From a virus: a stretch of 64,000 nt of DNA. Shown here piece after piece: positions 1 through 9,243 of the stretch. Every line of letters starts with the position of its first letter. Position 1 is the stretch's first letter. A program made the position numbers and the translations under genes. The stretch is taken from the IMG/VR virus record IMGVR_UViG_3300030328_001039, positions 1-64,000 of that record. One strand, 5' to 3'. The notes beneath the pieces are model-generated. The model did no database searches. It saw only the letters and a program-made list of their open reading frames with translations, and had not been told where the DNA came from.

Positions 1-1542
1 GAGAACATCACACCTGAGAAACTACCTGAAGGCTTCATGGTTGTCGAACCTGCTGGCTCTCGTCTCTCTCACATCTATGCCCACTGCCGTGGTGTTGGCG
101 TTGCTTATGCTATCACTCCTTCAGTAACTGTGGGTGACCGCTGGGTTGAGGCTGCTGCTGGTTGGGTTGTCAGAGACAATGAGCACAAGTTTACTCCTAA
201 GCCGTATGCTCCTCATGCTTATCTTGATGACTTCTCTCGTGGACTCAAGGATGGTAACTTGTACTGGCGAAAGCAACAGGGCTGGTTCTCCACCTTCTTC
301 CATCAGTGGGTCAGTCTGCCATACAGCAAACCATCCGATGTGTCATACCTTGCTGGTATGTTCTGTGCTTGGTTACCTAAAGCCATGCTTGCTCTTGGAC
401 TTGGTGAGATGCGACACGCTCGTAGCCTCAAGACCAATGCTAATGCAGAACTGTTTGCTACAATGACTGCTTGTATTGGTAGCGATGTATGGAAGAAAAT
501 CAACAACACTCCTCACCTTGACTCTACTCGTGGTCACTACTATGCAGCGATAGGTCACATCGAAGTGGACTGGGCTGACTGTGCAAAGATGCTTCGCTTC
601 TTGAACAAGCACTATCGTAAGGGGTGGTCATCCTCATACGGTGGCCCGAAGTGGGGCGACTCTATGTTGATGGGTGCTGAGATATGTGATGCCATACAAG
701 CGTTCACTGCTCAACCTGATGCTACTACTCTTGGACAACTGATTGTAGTTGTGAACAAGGGTGAGAATGCAGTACACAACAATGGTTCACTGTTCAACAA
801 GTGGCTCAGCAAGTATGCTTTCGATGCTGGTACTGCTGGTTTCAATCCACGAAGAGACATGAATGCTATGGCCTCAGTCTTTGAGATGGCTCGTGAGTTC
901 CTTGACCCTGAACTTGAAGAGAGTCGTACTCAGTGGGAGAGTGCTTCTCCACCTGAGAATGACTGGGGTAGCCTACTAGATTATGTTGAGAAGAAAACTC
1001 CAGCCTACTGGCGTAAGACTCCTATTGCTTCAAGCAAGAATGTTCACGAGGCTCTTCGTAATGTCATGGAGATTCTACCAGTTGGGTGGAGACATGGTGA
1101 CAAAGGTAGCCATAACAACCCAATGAATAAGGACTTCATTATGTGTGGTGTATCTACTTGCCAGCAGTGTTCTAAGCATCTAACTTGGGCTGCTCACAAT
1201 CCTAACGAAGTGGCTCATACACAGTTGGTTGAACTCAAGTCACTGTTCGATGAGCACAGTGCTTCACTGATGATTGCCCCTCCTCCTGTTGATGTATGGT
1301 TGGTTGGCTCTCAAGGTGAGACTCGTACCAGTATCAAGGAGCAGATTGCTCTCATCAAAGCGAAAGAGTTCCTACCTACAGCGAAGGAGTTCAATGCTCT
1401 GTATGAAGCGATTGACCCTACTGACCCTGACACTCCTGAAATGATGCTGATACTGAACAAGTATCTAGCGAAGCAGGGTGATGGGCTAGAGGATTTCCTC
1501 AAGGCTATGACTGAGGATGAAGTAAAGGAAGTGAAAGAATGA
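1..1542 (+). CDS. 5'-truncated protein with PEP-utiliser (His phosphocarrier/swivel)-like motif plus large uncharacterised C-terminal domain
   Basis: Frame is open from base 1 (ENITPEKLPEGFMVVEPAGSRLSHIYAHCRGVGVAY). The G-x-x-x-S-H...R-x-x-G-V pattern resembles the GGxTSHAAIvAR.lGiP signature of PPDK/PEP synthase/EI mobile domains. Downstream motifs YGGPKW, HNNGSLFNKW and a Cys cluster. Confidence 0.55.
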   Translation, partial: ENITPEKLPEGFMVVEPAGSRLSHIYAHCRGVGVAYAITPSVTVGDRWVEAAAGWVVRDNEHKFTPKPYAPHAYLDDFSRGLKDGNLYWRKQQGWFSTFFHQWVSLPYSKPSDVSYLAGMFCAWLPKAMLALGLGEMRHARSLKTNANAELFATMTACIGSDVWKKINNTPHLDSTRGHYYAAIGHIEVDWADCAKMLRFLNKHYRKGWSSSYGGPKWGDSMLMGAEICDAIQAFTAQPDATTLGQLIVVVNKGENAVHNNGSLFNKWLSKYAFDAGTAGFNPRRDMNAMASVFEMAREFLDPELEESRTQWESASPPENDWGSLLDYVEKKTPAYWRKTPIASSKNVHEALRNVMEILPVGWRHGDKGSHNNPMNKDFIMCGVSTCQQCSKHLTWAAHNPNEVAHTQLVELKSLFDEHSASLMIAPPPVDVWLVGSQGETRTSIKEQIALIKAKEFLPTAKEFNALYEAIDPTDPDTPEMMLILNKYLAKQGDGLEDFLKAMTEDEVKEVKE

Positions 1543-2741
1543 ATTGGATGAACAATAGTAAAGCAGGTTGTCACACTGGTAACCCAGTTGTGTTTGAGAT
1601 TGATGGTGTAGCGATACACGCTGGTGGTCACAGTCGTAATGGTGGCTGGCATCGTATGACTCCTATGCCTGACCTAGCGATTGGGCCAGCACAAGTAATG
1701 GAGAACTCTCGTGCTACTGTCGCACCTACTGGTTGGTCATGTCAAGGTTACATTGGTGGTGGTACACCACAGATTATCAGTATCGACTGGCCTGACTTCT
1801 CCATCCCTCAAGATGTTCACCGTGAGTTTTGGCTTGCACTTGTTGCTGACATAAAGGCTCAGGGTATCAAGACTGTATCTACTCAGTGTGTTGGTGGACA
1901 TGGTAGGACTGGTGTGCAGTTGTGTATTCTCGGCTACCTCATGGGCGATGATGGTTGTCTCAAGCAACCTGATGCTGCTTCTTTAATCGAGCATGTTCGT
2001 GACTTGTACTGCCACCATGCAGTCGAAGGTAAGTCACAACAGAAGTATGTTGCTGAAGTTCTACAGATACCTGAAGGTAAGTCTCTGTTTGCATCACTTG
2101 GTAACAACCGTGGTAACTTTACATTCTCAGATGAATCGAACATACCAAAGAAGAAGCAGAAGAAACCAAAGGCTGAGTATTGGGATGAAGTCGAGGATGA
2201 TGAAGGCGATGGATTCCCACCTTCATGGGAACTGTATTCTTGTGCAGTATGTACTAGCCATGAGTGGGTACACAAAGAAGATGGCGTACCTGAAGTGTGT
2301 GACAACTGTGGAGCACCTGAACTGATGCTTGCTACCGATGGTCTGTATGACATGGTAGATATATGTCCTAAGTGTGACAACACTGTATCACACTTTGGTA
2401 TGCACAGTGATGTATGTATTGTCTGTGCCGCTGAAGAGGATAAGGTCAAGACTCGTGATGGTATGGTTCAATGTAAGAAGTCTAAGAAGTTCTACCTACC
2501 TGAGTTCTTCAATGTAGACACATGGATTTCATATGATGCTGAGCGCAACGAGCGACTCAAGGCTAAGAAGAAAAAGAAAGGTAAGGGTAAGAGCAAAGGC
2601 AAGGACTACCCTGCTAAGAAGAAAAGCAAACTCGACAAGGAAATGGAAAGGCGTAAGGAGGAGGCTGCATCCATACAGGGGCTGGGTAAGTACGGCATGA
2701 CTGTAGAGGATGAGGACTGGCGAGACGACTTTACAGTTTGA
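1539..2741 (+). CDS. CX5R protein-tyrosine/dual-specificity phosphatase with C-terminal zinc fingers and Lys-rich tail
   Basis: WPD loop (IDWPDFSIP), P-loop QCVGGHGRTG, Q-loop-like VEGKSQQKYV; several CxxC pairs; ATGA overlap with upstream gene. Confidence 0.85.
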   Translation: MNWMNNSKAGCHTGNPVVFEIDGVAIHAGGHSRNGGWHRMTPMPDLAIGPAQVMENSRATVAPTGWSCQGYIGGGTPQIISIDWPDFSIPQDVHREFWLALVADIKAQGIKTVSTQCVGGHGRTGVQLCILGYLMGDDGCLKQPDAASLIEHVRDLYCHHAVEGKSQQKYVAEVLQIPEGKSLFASLGNNRGNFTFSDESNIPKKKQKKPKAEYWDEVEDDEGDGFPPSWELYSCAVCTSHEWVHKEDGVPEVCDNCGAPELMLATDGLYDMVDICPKCDNTVSHFGMHSDVCIVCAAEEDKVKTRDGMVQCKKSKKFYLPEFFNVDTWISYDAERNERLKAKKKKKGKGKSKGKDYPAKKKSKLDKEMERRKEEAASIQGLGKYGMTVEDEDWRDDFTV

Positions 2742-2743
2742 TT

Positions 2744-2762
2744 GTTGATATATAAAGGAACA
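2744..2762 (+). promoter_or_regulatory. Early promoter motif copy 1 (GTTGATATATAAAGGAACA)
   Basis: Repeated 19-mer with TATA core; ATG at 2778. Confidence 0.8.
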
Positions 2763-2777
2763 TTGGAGATAGATAAC

Positions 2778-3185
2778 ATGGCAGAATATGGAGAAGCAAG
2801 ACTACAAGTTAGAACACAGTTCGATACTAACCGAATACACATTCAGGGTGTAGGTGAACCTACCGTGAATCGTAAGTATGGTATTGCATTGGAACTACGA
2901 GCACCACCTGAATTGACTGACTGGCTAAGCGAACAAGAACCTACACTGGCAAGTCCAGCAAGTGGCTCTTTGTTGTATGCACCTATGTCAGTCATATCAT
3001 ATGTAGAGCAAGAAGGTACAGTGCAGATACTCATTGAAGGTGAAGAACTGAATCACCCAAAGGGTGCTATGCTTGATGTAAAGGATGAATCAACAGCAGT
3101 GTCTACACTAATCACATTCGTAAAGAACACTAACTCAGGTCTTGTGCTTGAGAGTGGTGAAGTATTTTCAACAGAAGAGGAGTGA
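2778..3185 (+). CDS. hypothetical protein
   Basis: ORF; start reassigned to ATG 2778, downstream of the promoter motif and GGAG. Confidence 0.7.
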   Translation: MAEYGEARLQVRTQFDTNRIHIQGVGEPTVNRKYGIALELRAPPELTDWLSEQEPTLASPASGSLLYAPMSVISYVEQEGTVQILIEGEELNHPKGAMLDVKDESTAVSTLITFVKNTNSGLVLESGEVFSTEEE

Positions 3186-3802
3186 GTATAATGGCACAGC
3201 CCAAGATTTATGCAGACATGGAGAAGAGATTACTCTCCTTGATTGAGACTATGGTAGATGCAGAAGGACTGCATGTGTTACCTGAAGAAGTAAGTTTCTA
3301 CTTACATACACGAAGGAAAGCATTATCCTCTTCTTCATGTAGAGCACAAGACACAGCAAGTAAACATCTAACATGGATTACATATCATCAAAACATAGTA
3401 CAGAACACTCCGTTTGTTGATGGTATTGCATGGGAGATATGTTACCAAGCACTAGCGTTGAAGTATGGTGTATCGGTTGATGCAATCAATTGTATTGACA
3501 TGGGTATATCAGCCGACCCAGCCAAGTCCGTAATTAAGATTAGAGGATTGAAGCCTATGCTTACATCAGAGAATAAGACTTCACCTGAGTTTGTTGCTTA
3601 TGCTAATGCTCATGCAGAAGAGTTCGGTTGGGATATTGCTGAACTCCATCCACCCGCACTAGCACTATCGCTAGAGGACATGAACCAGTTCGATGATTTG
3701 ATAGCAAGTGTGCTTTCGGACATGGGAGTAGAAGGCAACACGCCAACTTTCCTAGATGTTATGATGGGCGGAGACATAGGAGAAGATGTATTCCTCGCAT
3801 GA
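3182..3802 (+). CDS. hypothetical protein
   Basis: 206-aa ORF, GTGA overlap, GAGGAG SD. Confidence 0.7.
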   Translation: MSIMAQPKIYADMEKRLLSLIETMVDAEGLHVLPEEVSFYLHTRRKALSSSSCRAQDTASKHLTWITYHQNIVQNTPFVDGIAWEICYQALALKYGVSVDAINCIDMGISADPAKSVIKIRGLKPMLTSENKTSPEFVAYANAHAEEFGWDIAELHPPALALSLEDMNQFDDLIASVLSDMGVEGNTPTFLDVMMGGDIGEDVFLA

Positions 3803-3835
3803 GAGAATTATGATAGTCGTTAGGAGAGTGAATGT

Positions 3836-4114
3836 ATGAGCGATAGCAATAAACTTGAGCGAAAGATAGCAGTGCTGGAGGGCATTATCAAAAATGTTTG
3901 TGACAATTATCCCTTTGAGCAGTGCAAATTATGCGAAGAGTTGTTCGACACAGATGAGTATTCCAATTGTCCTGACTGTCCTGAGTGCAGTGGTTGCACA
4001 GAAACAGTTGAGCAGTTGTATACCAATAGTGGCGGGGATATGTGGTGTAAGGAGTGTATAGAAATACAGCACGACATGGATGACCTCATGAGAGATTACA
4101 ATGAAAGTCGATGA
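3836..4114 (+). CDS. small Cys-rich (zinc-finger) protein
   Basis: CKLC, CPDCPECSGC, WCKEC motifs; GGAG SD. Confidence 0.7.
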   Translation: MSDSNKLERKIAVLEGIIKNVCDNYPFEQCKLCEELFDTDEYSNCPDCPECSGCTETVEQLYTNSGGDMWCKECIEIQHDMDDLMRDYNESR

Positions 4115-4122
4115 TTGGAGAA

Positions 4123-4141
4123 GTTGATATATAAAGCAACA
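4123..4141 (+). promoter_or_regulatory. Early promoter motif copy 2 (GTTGATATATAAAGCAACA)
   Basis: Intergenic copy of the repeated 19-mer. Confidence 0.8.
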
Positions 4142-4167
4142 ATGAATGAAACAGATGAAGCAAAGGA

Positions 4168-4764
4168 ATGATGAACATGACAAATGAAACAGATGATGTG
4201 AAGATAGTTGGGCGAAGTGGAATACCTAAGCCTACTGAAATGACACTGCAAGAAGTGATGAAGAAGTTTGAATACGCTCAGCATAGGAGTTGGTCTAATG
4301 ACACTATGTACTACAGCCCTGCATCGAGTTGGATGAAGGGAGAATACTTGGCGTTTATGCACAATCCCACAGGGATTATTTTAGCACACCAGTCTAACAG
4401 ACATGGTAGCGGTACTGTAACTACATACAAACTAGATGGTACTATGACTAGCGATGCTGTATTCGGCGTGGCGGTTGCTAAGGGTAGTTTTGGAAAGATG
4501 ACTGAGAAGATGGATGAAGTAGACTCAGACAGGATGAACTGGGATGTGGTGCGTGTTAGACCTAAACCCATATTCAGTAGTTGCTACAGCACTATGTATA
4601 TCTTCGATGGTAGCAGCAGATATTACAACGGTGATTTGAGTATGATATTCGACAAAGTAGATGTGCTACAGAAGGGATGCAAGGTCATTAAGAGTAAGTA
4701 TTCAATTGAAGGTAAGATAACCAAATTAGAAAAGACAAACGATGTAAAGGAGATGATTGTATGA
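4168..4764 (+). CDS. hypothetical protein
   Basis: 198-aa ORF after promoter motif. Confidence 0.7.
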   Translation: MMNMTNETDDVKIVGRSGIPKPTEMTLQEVMKKFEYAQHRSWSNDTMYYSPASSWMKGEYLAFMHNPTGIILAHQSNRHGSGTVTTYKLDGTMTSDAVFGVAVAKGSFGKMTEKMDEVDSDRMNWDVVRVRPKPIFSSCYSTMYIFDGSSRYYNGDLSMIFDKVDVLQKGCKVIKSKYSIEGKITKLEKTNDVKEMIV

Positions 4765-6329
4765 GTGGAGAATGGAAAGGCTGGCAAAGTTGGGATAGAT
4801 ATGAGAAAGCAGGTATTGTAGAAAACGCTGTAGATTTCAGCGAAGAAGCGATTATCGTAGACCACGCTGTTGGGAGAACGAAGAAGGCTATTGGTAAGTG
4901 CTGGCCTATGGATGCAGCAGTTGCCTACACGCTGATGAAGGCTGGCCCTGATACTGGGCTGACATGGAGTGACATGGTGAACAACTACACTCGTGCTGCT
5001 GCTGTGATGATGACAGGTAAAGTTGGTTGGGGCACAGTACCTAAACCAAGTGTTGATACTTGCGGTCATGATGAAGTTACTGGCTACAAGCATTTCATGG
5101 GAACACCGACTCTGTATAGTGATGGTGACGGTGACGGTGATGGTGAACTCTACATACAAACTGGGTGGGGTTCAGATAATATCGGCAAATGGTTCACTGA
5201 AGTGGGTGACAAACTCAAGGAGTTAGGGCATGACCCAGTTGCATTATCAGAGAAGTATTCCGTTATTCGTATGTCTAAGAACTACCCAATTGCTCACTTT
5301 ACTATGGCGACAGATGAGTTCTTTTCTGAACTGATAGATGCTTTCCAAGACTTCTTCGGTGATGTGACTATTCGACCTGCTAGTAACGGCAGTACGATTT
5401 TCAGGGCAGTAAACCATACTTACGGTGAATGTAAGTGGGCTGATAAAGACAAGGAGTGCAGACACCACGATAGACCTACTGAAACCATGTGGGCTATGCG
5501 AAGGCAAATCAATAATGGTACTGGTTTCATTACTGCATGGAGTCGTGCTCCGTGTCATGGTGGCTGGAACAGTCATCAATGGGCTAAACCACAGCAAGAC
5601 ATGGTTGCTAAGAATGTAGTCTCATGGGATGAGATGCGTAGAGGAATGTCTCAGGCTGTACCTGAAGAAGATGTAATCAAATACATTCGTGAATCTTTGA
5701 CTCGTATGCTAAAGCGTAATGACAACATTGTTTCTAAGACTGGCAAGGGTAGGACTTCTCAGCACTCATGGTCTGACTGGAGTTGGCTTGCTGAAATGAC
5801 TGCTTATGTGAAGAACACTAGCAGCAAGAATCGTAAAGAGGGCGATGTTGAGAACGGTTGGAAATACACCAAGGTTCGTTCTCGTAAGTCCTTTGGTCAC
5901 GAGATTGCTGACTTCGTTTGGAAGCCAGTTGATGTTATCAAAGATTATGTGGTTGGGCGTAAAGAAGTAAGCGACTGGAATGCTTCAGGTATTATGACAA
6001 ACCTTCGCTTCTCTACCAAGCAGCAGTGTATCGACTTCATGGAGGCTATTTCCAATGCTCACCTTGATGGTGGCGGTCACTTTGCTAATCGTACTCACGA
6101 TGGACTAGAGAAGAATGACAATGGTGCATGGAGCATTCGCTCTATCGAAATCAATGTAGTCATGTATGGTCGTGTAGACCCTGAAGATTACTTATCCCCT
6201 CAAGAAGTTGTGGCTATGTGGCGACAAGGAGCACCTGCTGTACTTGCAGAGCACAAGCCTAACTTTGAGAAAACACCTTCTTACACTGTAAAACAAGCCC
6301 CACCTAAAGAAGAGGCGGCTGTTGAGTGA
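4761..6329 (+). CDS. hypothetical protein (522 aa, Trp-rich, DGDGDGDG segment)
   Basis: Long ORF, ATGA overlap, GGAG SD; no family recognised. Confidence 0.75.
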   Translation: MSGEWKGWQSWDRYEKAGIVENAVDFSEEAIIVDHAVGRTKKAIGKCWPMDAAVAYTLMKAGPDTGLTWSDMVNNYTRAAAVMMTGKVGWGTVPKPSVDTCGHDEVTGYKHFMGTPTLYSDGDGDGDGELYIQTGWGSDNIGKWFTEVGDKLKELGHDPVALSEKYSVIRMSKNYPIAHFTMATDEFFSELIDAFQDFFGDVTIRPASNGSTIFRAVNHTYGECKWADKDKECRHHDRPTETMWAMRRQINNGTGFITAWSRAPCHGGWNSHQWAKPQQDMVAKNVVSWDEMRRGMSQAVPEEDVIKYIRESLTRMLKRNDNIVSKTGKGRTSQHSWSDWSWLAEMTAYVKNTSSKNRKEGDVENGWKYTKVRSRKSFGHEIADFVWKPVDVIKDYVVGRKEVSDWNASGIMTNLRFSTKQQCIDFMEAISNAHLDGGGHFANRTHDGLEKNDNGAWSIRSIEINVVMYGRVDPEDYLSPQEVVAMWRQGAPAVLAEHKPNFEKTPSYTVKQAPPKEEAAVE

Positions 6330-6652
6330 TGAAAGAAGATAAAGAGAAGTACAGGAATGCCGAGTTGAAACCCTCTGCCATCACTCCTGATGGTATGTGG
6401 GTACTCCCTGATGGTCACAAGTGTGACCTCCGGCATGTTCAATTACAACTCCCTGATGGGAGGGGCGAGGAGTGGGTATTAGGTGTTATACTATCGGCAG
6501 AGGGAATCTACGAAGTATGCCCTGAGTGCCAGCAAGAACTCAAAGAAGGGATGGTTCTCATCATGGAGAAGCATCACTACTTGGTTGTGCGCTGCTGTGA
6601 CAAACTCCTACTGTATCAAAACCAAAAGATAAACCTAGACATATGGATGTGA
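6326..6652 (+). CDS. small zinc-ribbon-like protein
   Basis: CPEC ... RCC motifs; overlap with upstream stop. Confidence 0.65.
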   Translation: MMKEDKEKYRNAELKPSAITPDGMWVLPDGHKCDLRHVQLQLPDGRGEEWVLGVILSAEGIYEVCPECQQELKEGMVLIMEKHHYLVVRCCDKLLLYQNQKINLDIWM

Positions 6653-6656
6653 AATT

Positions 6657-7376
6657 ATGACAGAAGAATATGAACCTGAATTACAAGTATGGGCGTTAGA
6701 ACACTTTAACCAAATGGCTGAGAAGGCTGTATGGCGACCTGATGGAACTGGCTGTAGATACCGTAAGGTAGACGAGCAGACACTGCAACTTGAGCATAGG
6801 GTAGACCACCCTGACTCAGAAGCACATCACAATCGCATTACTGGATTGTTTGCCTCAGTTAATATCAACATGATAGACGATAGCCCAATGATTACCAGTG
6901 CTGCTTTATCAGCCGAGGATGCTTTCAGACAAGAAATGCAAGAGCGTCAAGCGGTTGCTGCTTCATGGACTACAGAGGATGGTACTAGATTAGCAGACTT
7001 ACCATTAGAGCAAGCCTATCCAGTTTTCATTGGTAATAGAGAAGTGCTCCTAGATAACGGAGAGACACACACAGTAGAAGATTGGGGAGTTGCTGTACCA
7101 ACTGATGAAGGTGATACAATCACAATGAATCCTGATGACTACAATTTACTTGCTGGTGACTCATTGTTCATGCGTTACCGTATAACAGATACTGATACTT
7201 ACATGATTGCTATGACTAGGCAGCAGATGTATGATGCTGCTGAGTCAGGAGAACTCGGCGCATTAGTAGGTGCTACTTGTCCTGATAGCGGAGACAAAGT
7301 TCCTCCGTGGATGTGGGGTACATACTGTGCTAGAGTATCAGAAGCAGACCTGTTCCTTGGAGATGAAGAAGAGTGA
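6657..7376 (+). CDS. hypothetical acidic protein
   Basis: 239-aa ORF in tightly packed operon. Confidence 0.7.
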   Translation: MTEEYEPELQVWALEHFNQMAEKAVWRPDGTGCRYRKVDEQTLQLEHRVDHPDSEAHHNRITGLFASVNINMIDDSPMITSAALSAEDAFRQEMQERQAVAASWTTEDGTRLADLPLEQAYPVFIGNREVLLDNGETHTVEDWGVAVPTDEGDTITMNPDDYNLLAGDSLFMRYRITDTDTYMIAMTRQQMYDAAESGELGALVGATCPDSGDKVPPWMWGTYCARVSEADLFLGDEEE

Positions 7377-7558
7377 TTGGTGGCTACTGGCAGAACAAGC
7401 ATACCTTTCGTTTAGCAGAGATAGTTGCTGAACCTATCGCTGCTGTCTTTGAATTACGCTACCTAGAAAGTACAATAGAGAATCAACGATGGTGTGCTCG
7501 TGATTTACATAGGCACTGGGAATACATTGGTGATGAACCTATAGATGAAGAGGAATAG
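7373..7558 (+). CDS. hypothetical protein
   Basis: 61-aa ORF filling operon gap, GTGA overlap. Confidence 0.55.
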   Translation: MIGGYWQNKHTFRLAEIVAEPIAAVFELRYLESTIENQRWCARDLHRHWEYIGDEPIDEEE

Positions 7559-7560
7559 AC

Positions 7561-7821
7561 ATGACTGAGAAAGTAGTGTGGCAATCGAGTAGCCTTGAGG
7601 CTAAGTGGAAAGATGGTAGAGGCGATGTAAGGTTGGCTCATGTAAACTTCTACGGTAAAGACTGGATTGACCTACGCATTCTTCGTGATGGTAAACAGCA
7701 CACTAGACACGGAGTTCGCTTGTCTATAGAACAGGCAACTGAGATGCTACCACGACTCATAGAAGCAATTGAGAGTATCAAGGATGCACAAGAGCAAGCA
7801 GATAGAAAAGACGATTCTTGA
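7561..7821 (+). CDS. PC4/p15-like ssDNA-binding transcriptional coactivator-family protein
   Basis: FYGKDWIDLRILRDGKQHTRHGVRLSIEQ matches the PC4 pattern F.GK..vDiR......PtkkGisL. Confidence 0.75.
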   Translation: MTEKVVWQSSSLEAKWKDGRGDVRLAHVNFYGKDWIDLRILRDGKQHTRHGVRLSIEQATEMLPRLIEAIESIKDAQEQADRKDDS

Positions 7822-7822
7822 A

Positions 7823-7841
7823 GTTGATATATAAAGCAACA
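7823..7841 (+). promoter_or_regulatory. Early promoter motif copy 3 (GTTGATATATAAAGCAACA)
   Basis: Intergenic copy; ATG at 7856. Confidence 0.8.
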
Positions 7842-7855
7842 CTAAAGACCACTTC

Positions 7856-8083
7856 ATGGAAAGAGCAGCCAGTGTCAGCCATGTGGAATACGAAGTGATT
7901 GCATTACTTCGTGACAGCATAGACCTAGCATCACTGAAAGAAGTGATGGTTACTGATGATGTTACTGAGAAGCGTTGGTCTACTGGTGTAGCCAATGTTT
8001 GTGAGTTACTAGATAACATGTGTAACAGACGCATACATAAGTTGCCCAAGACACATACTGAATACAAAGAGAAGGTGAAGTAA
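7856..8083 (+). CDS. hypothetical protein
   Basis: 75-aa ORF directly after promoter motif. Confidence 0.65.
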   Translation: MERAASVSHVEYEVIALLRDSIDLASLKEVMVTDDVTEKRWSTGVANVCELLDNMCNRRIHKLPKTHTEYKEKVK

Positions 8084-8164
8084 ATGGAGTTTGAAATAGG
8101 ACTGATAAGAATGACAGATGAACATAATGAAATGCCATACATTGGTGAGTTTATAGGTGAGTGA
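8084..8164 (+). CDS. possible 26-aa micro-ORF (MEFEIGLIRMTDEHNEMPYIGEFIGE)
   Basis: Read manually; AGGTGA SD upstream, abuts both neighbours. Confidence 0.35.
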   Translation: MEFEIGLIRMTDEHNEMPYIGEFIGE

Positions 8165-8591
8165 CAGCATGAGTTTCTTCTTTGAGCCTGAGAAAGCATC
8201 TTGTAAAGTCTACGAAGGTAGAACTTGTGTAGAGTCTCTGTTGAATTATATCACTAAGTTACCCGACACCATAGAAGATGGCACTATTAATGGGAATCAT
8301 AACAAATGGAAAGAAACACTTGTCATAGACTTACACAAGATAGACAAAAACAATCACTTGGCATATGGTAAAGGACAGATGGGAGTTCAGATTACATCCG
8401 AAGGTAGAGTGATAGACTACACATGGGCTTTCGGTCAAAAGACTACTCGTAGGCTACAGAATTGGTGTAAAGGTAAACTGTATAACACGAAGGGTGGTAC
8501 ACTTATCGCTGTAACTATGCACTCTAAAGACTGGGTTATTGCAGATGACTGTTTCAAGACGGTATCAGATGAAAGCATGGAGGAGGAGTGA
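8157..8591 (+). CDS. hypothetical protein
   Basis: ORF; alternative start ATG 8169 after GGTGAG. Confidence 0.65.
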   Translation: MSDSMSFFFEPEKASCKVYEGRTCVESLLNYITKLPDTIEDGTINGNHNKWKETLVIDLHKIDKNNHLAYGKGQMGVQITSEGRVIDYTWAFGQKTTRRLQNWCKGKLYNTKGGTLIAVTMHSKDWVIADDCFKTVSDESMEEE

Positions 8592-8965
8592 AGATGATTG
8601 ATGAAAGCAAATATACAGGGCACACACCTGCACCGTGGGAGATTTATGGCGAGCGCATCTGTGCTCAAGATGCATGTGATAGGTATAGGAATGTAGGTGG
8701 TGATATTGCGACTGTAATTGATGAAGTCAATACTCATCTCATAGCAGACGCACCACTTCTTTTAGCAGAAGTCTTGCGGTTGCGTGAAGTGATTGACAAA
8801 GAACACCCTACATTTGATTGGGCATCAAGACAAACGATAGCGAACCTTGATGCAGAAGTCAAGCGGTTGCGTGAAATGTATGAAGATGCAAACCGTTACC
8901 TCGACTTAATGGTTGAGCGATTTGGTATTGAAGCGTTGGTGGAAATGGTAGGTGAAGAAGAATGA
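8588..8965 (+). CDS. phage protein of the HTPGPW...LIAAAP type with internal duplication
   Basis: GHTPAPWEI ... HLIADAPLLLAEV motif common in tailed-virus accessory proteins; AEVxRLRE duplicated. Confidence 0.65.
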   Translation: MKMIDESKYTGHTPAPWEIYGERICAQDACDRYRNVGGDIATVIDEVNTHLIADAPLLLAEVLRLREVIDKEHPTFDWASRQTIANLDAEVKRLREMYEDANRYLDLMVERFGIEALVEMVGEEE

Positions 8966-9243
8966 ATGAAAAGAAGTATACCCCAAAGGTATTGCATACT
9001 AGCGTAGATGGTAAGTCATACATATGCGGTGACAAGGTAGAAGGTTCGTGGCATGATAGATGTTTGAACGATAGGTTCGCAAGAACTCTACCTTTGTGTG
9101 AAGGCTGTGAAGAAGTGAAGGGTCAGAGAACAACCGTGACCTTTGTACCACCTACAACAAAAGAGAACATGCTCTCTTCTCCAAGTATCATTGACTTTGA
9201 TGCTGGAGAATTGTATGTCAAAGATTACAGGAGGGATGCTTGA
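8962..9243 (+). CDS. hypothetical Cys-containing protein
   Basis: 93-aa ORF, ATGA overlap. Confidence 0.6.
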   Translation: MNEKKYTPKVLHTSVDGKSYICGDKVEGSWHDRCLNDRFARTLPLCEGCEEVKGQRTTVTFVPPTTKENMLSSPSIIDFDAGELYVKDYRRDA

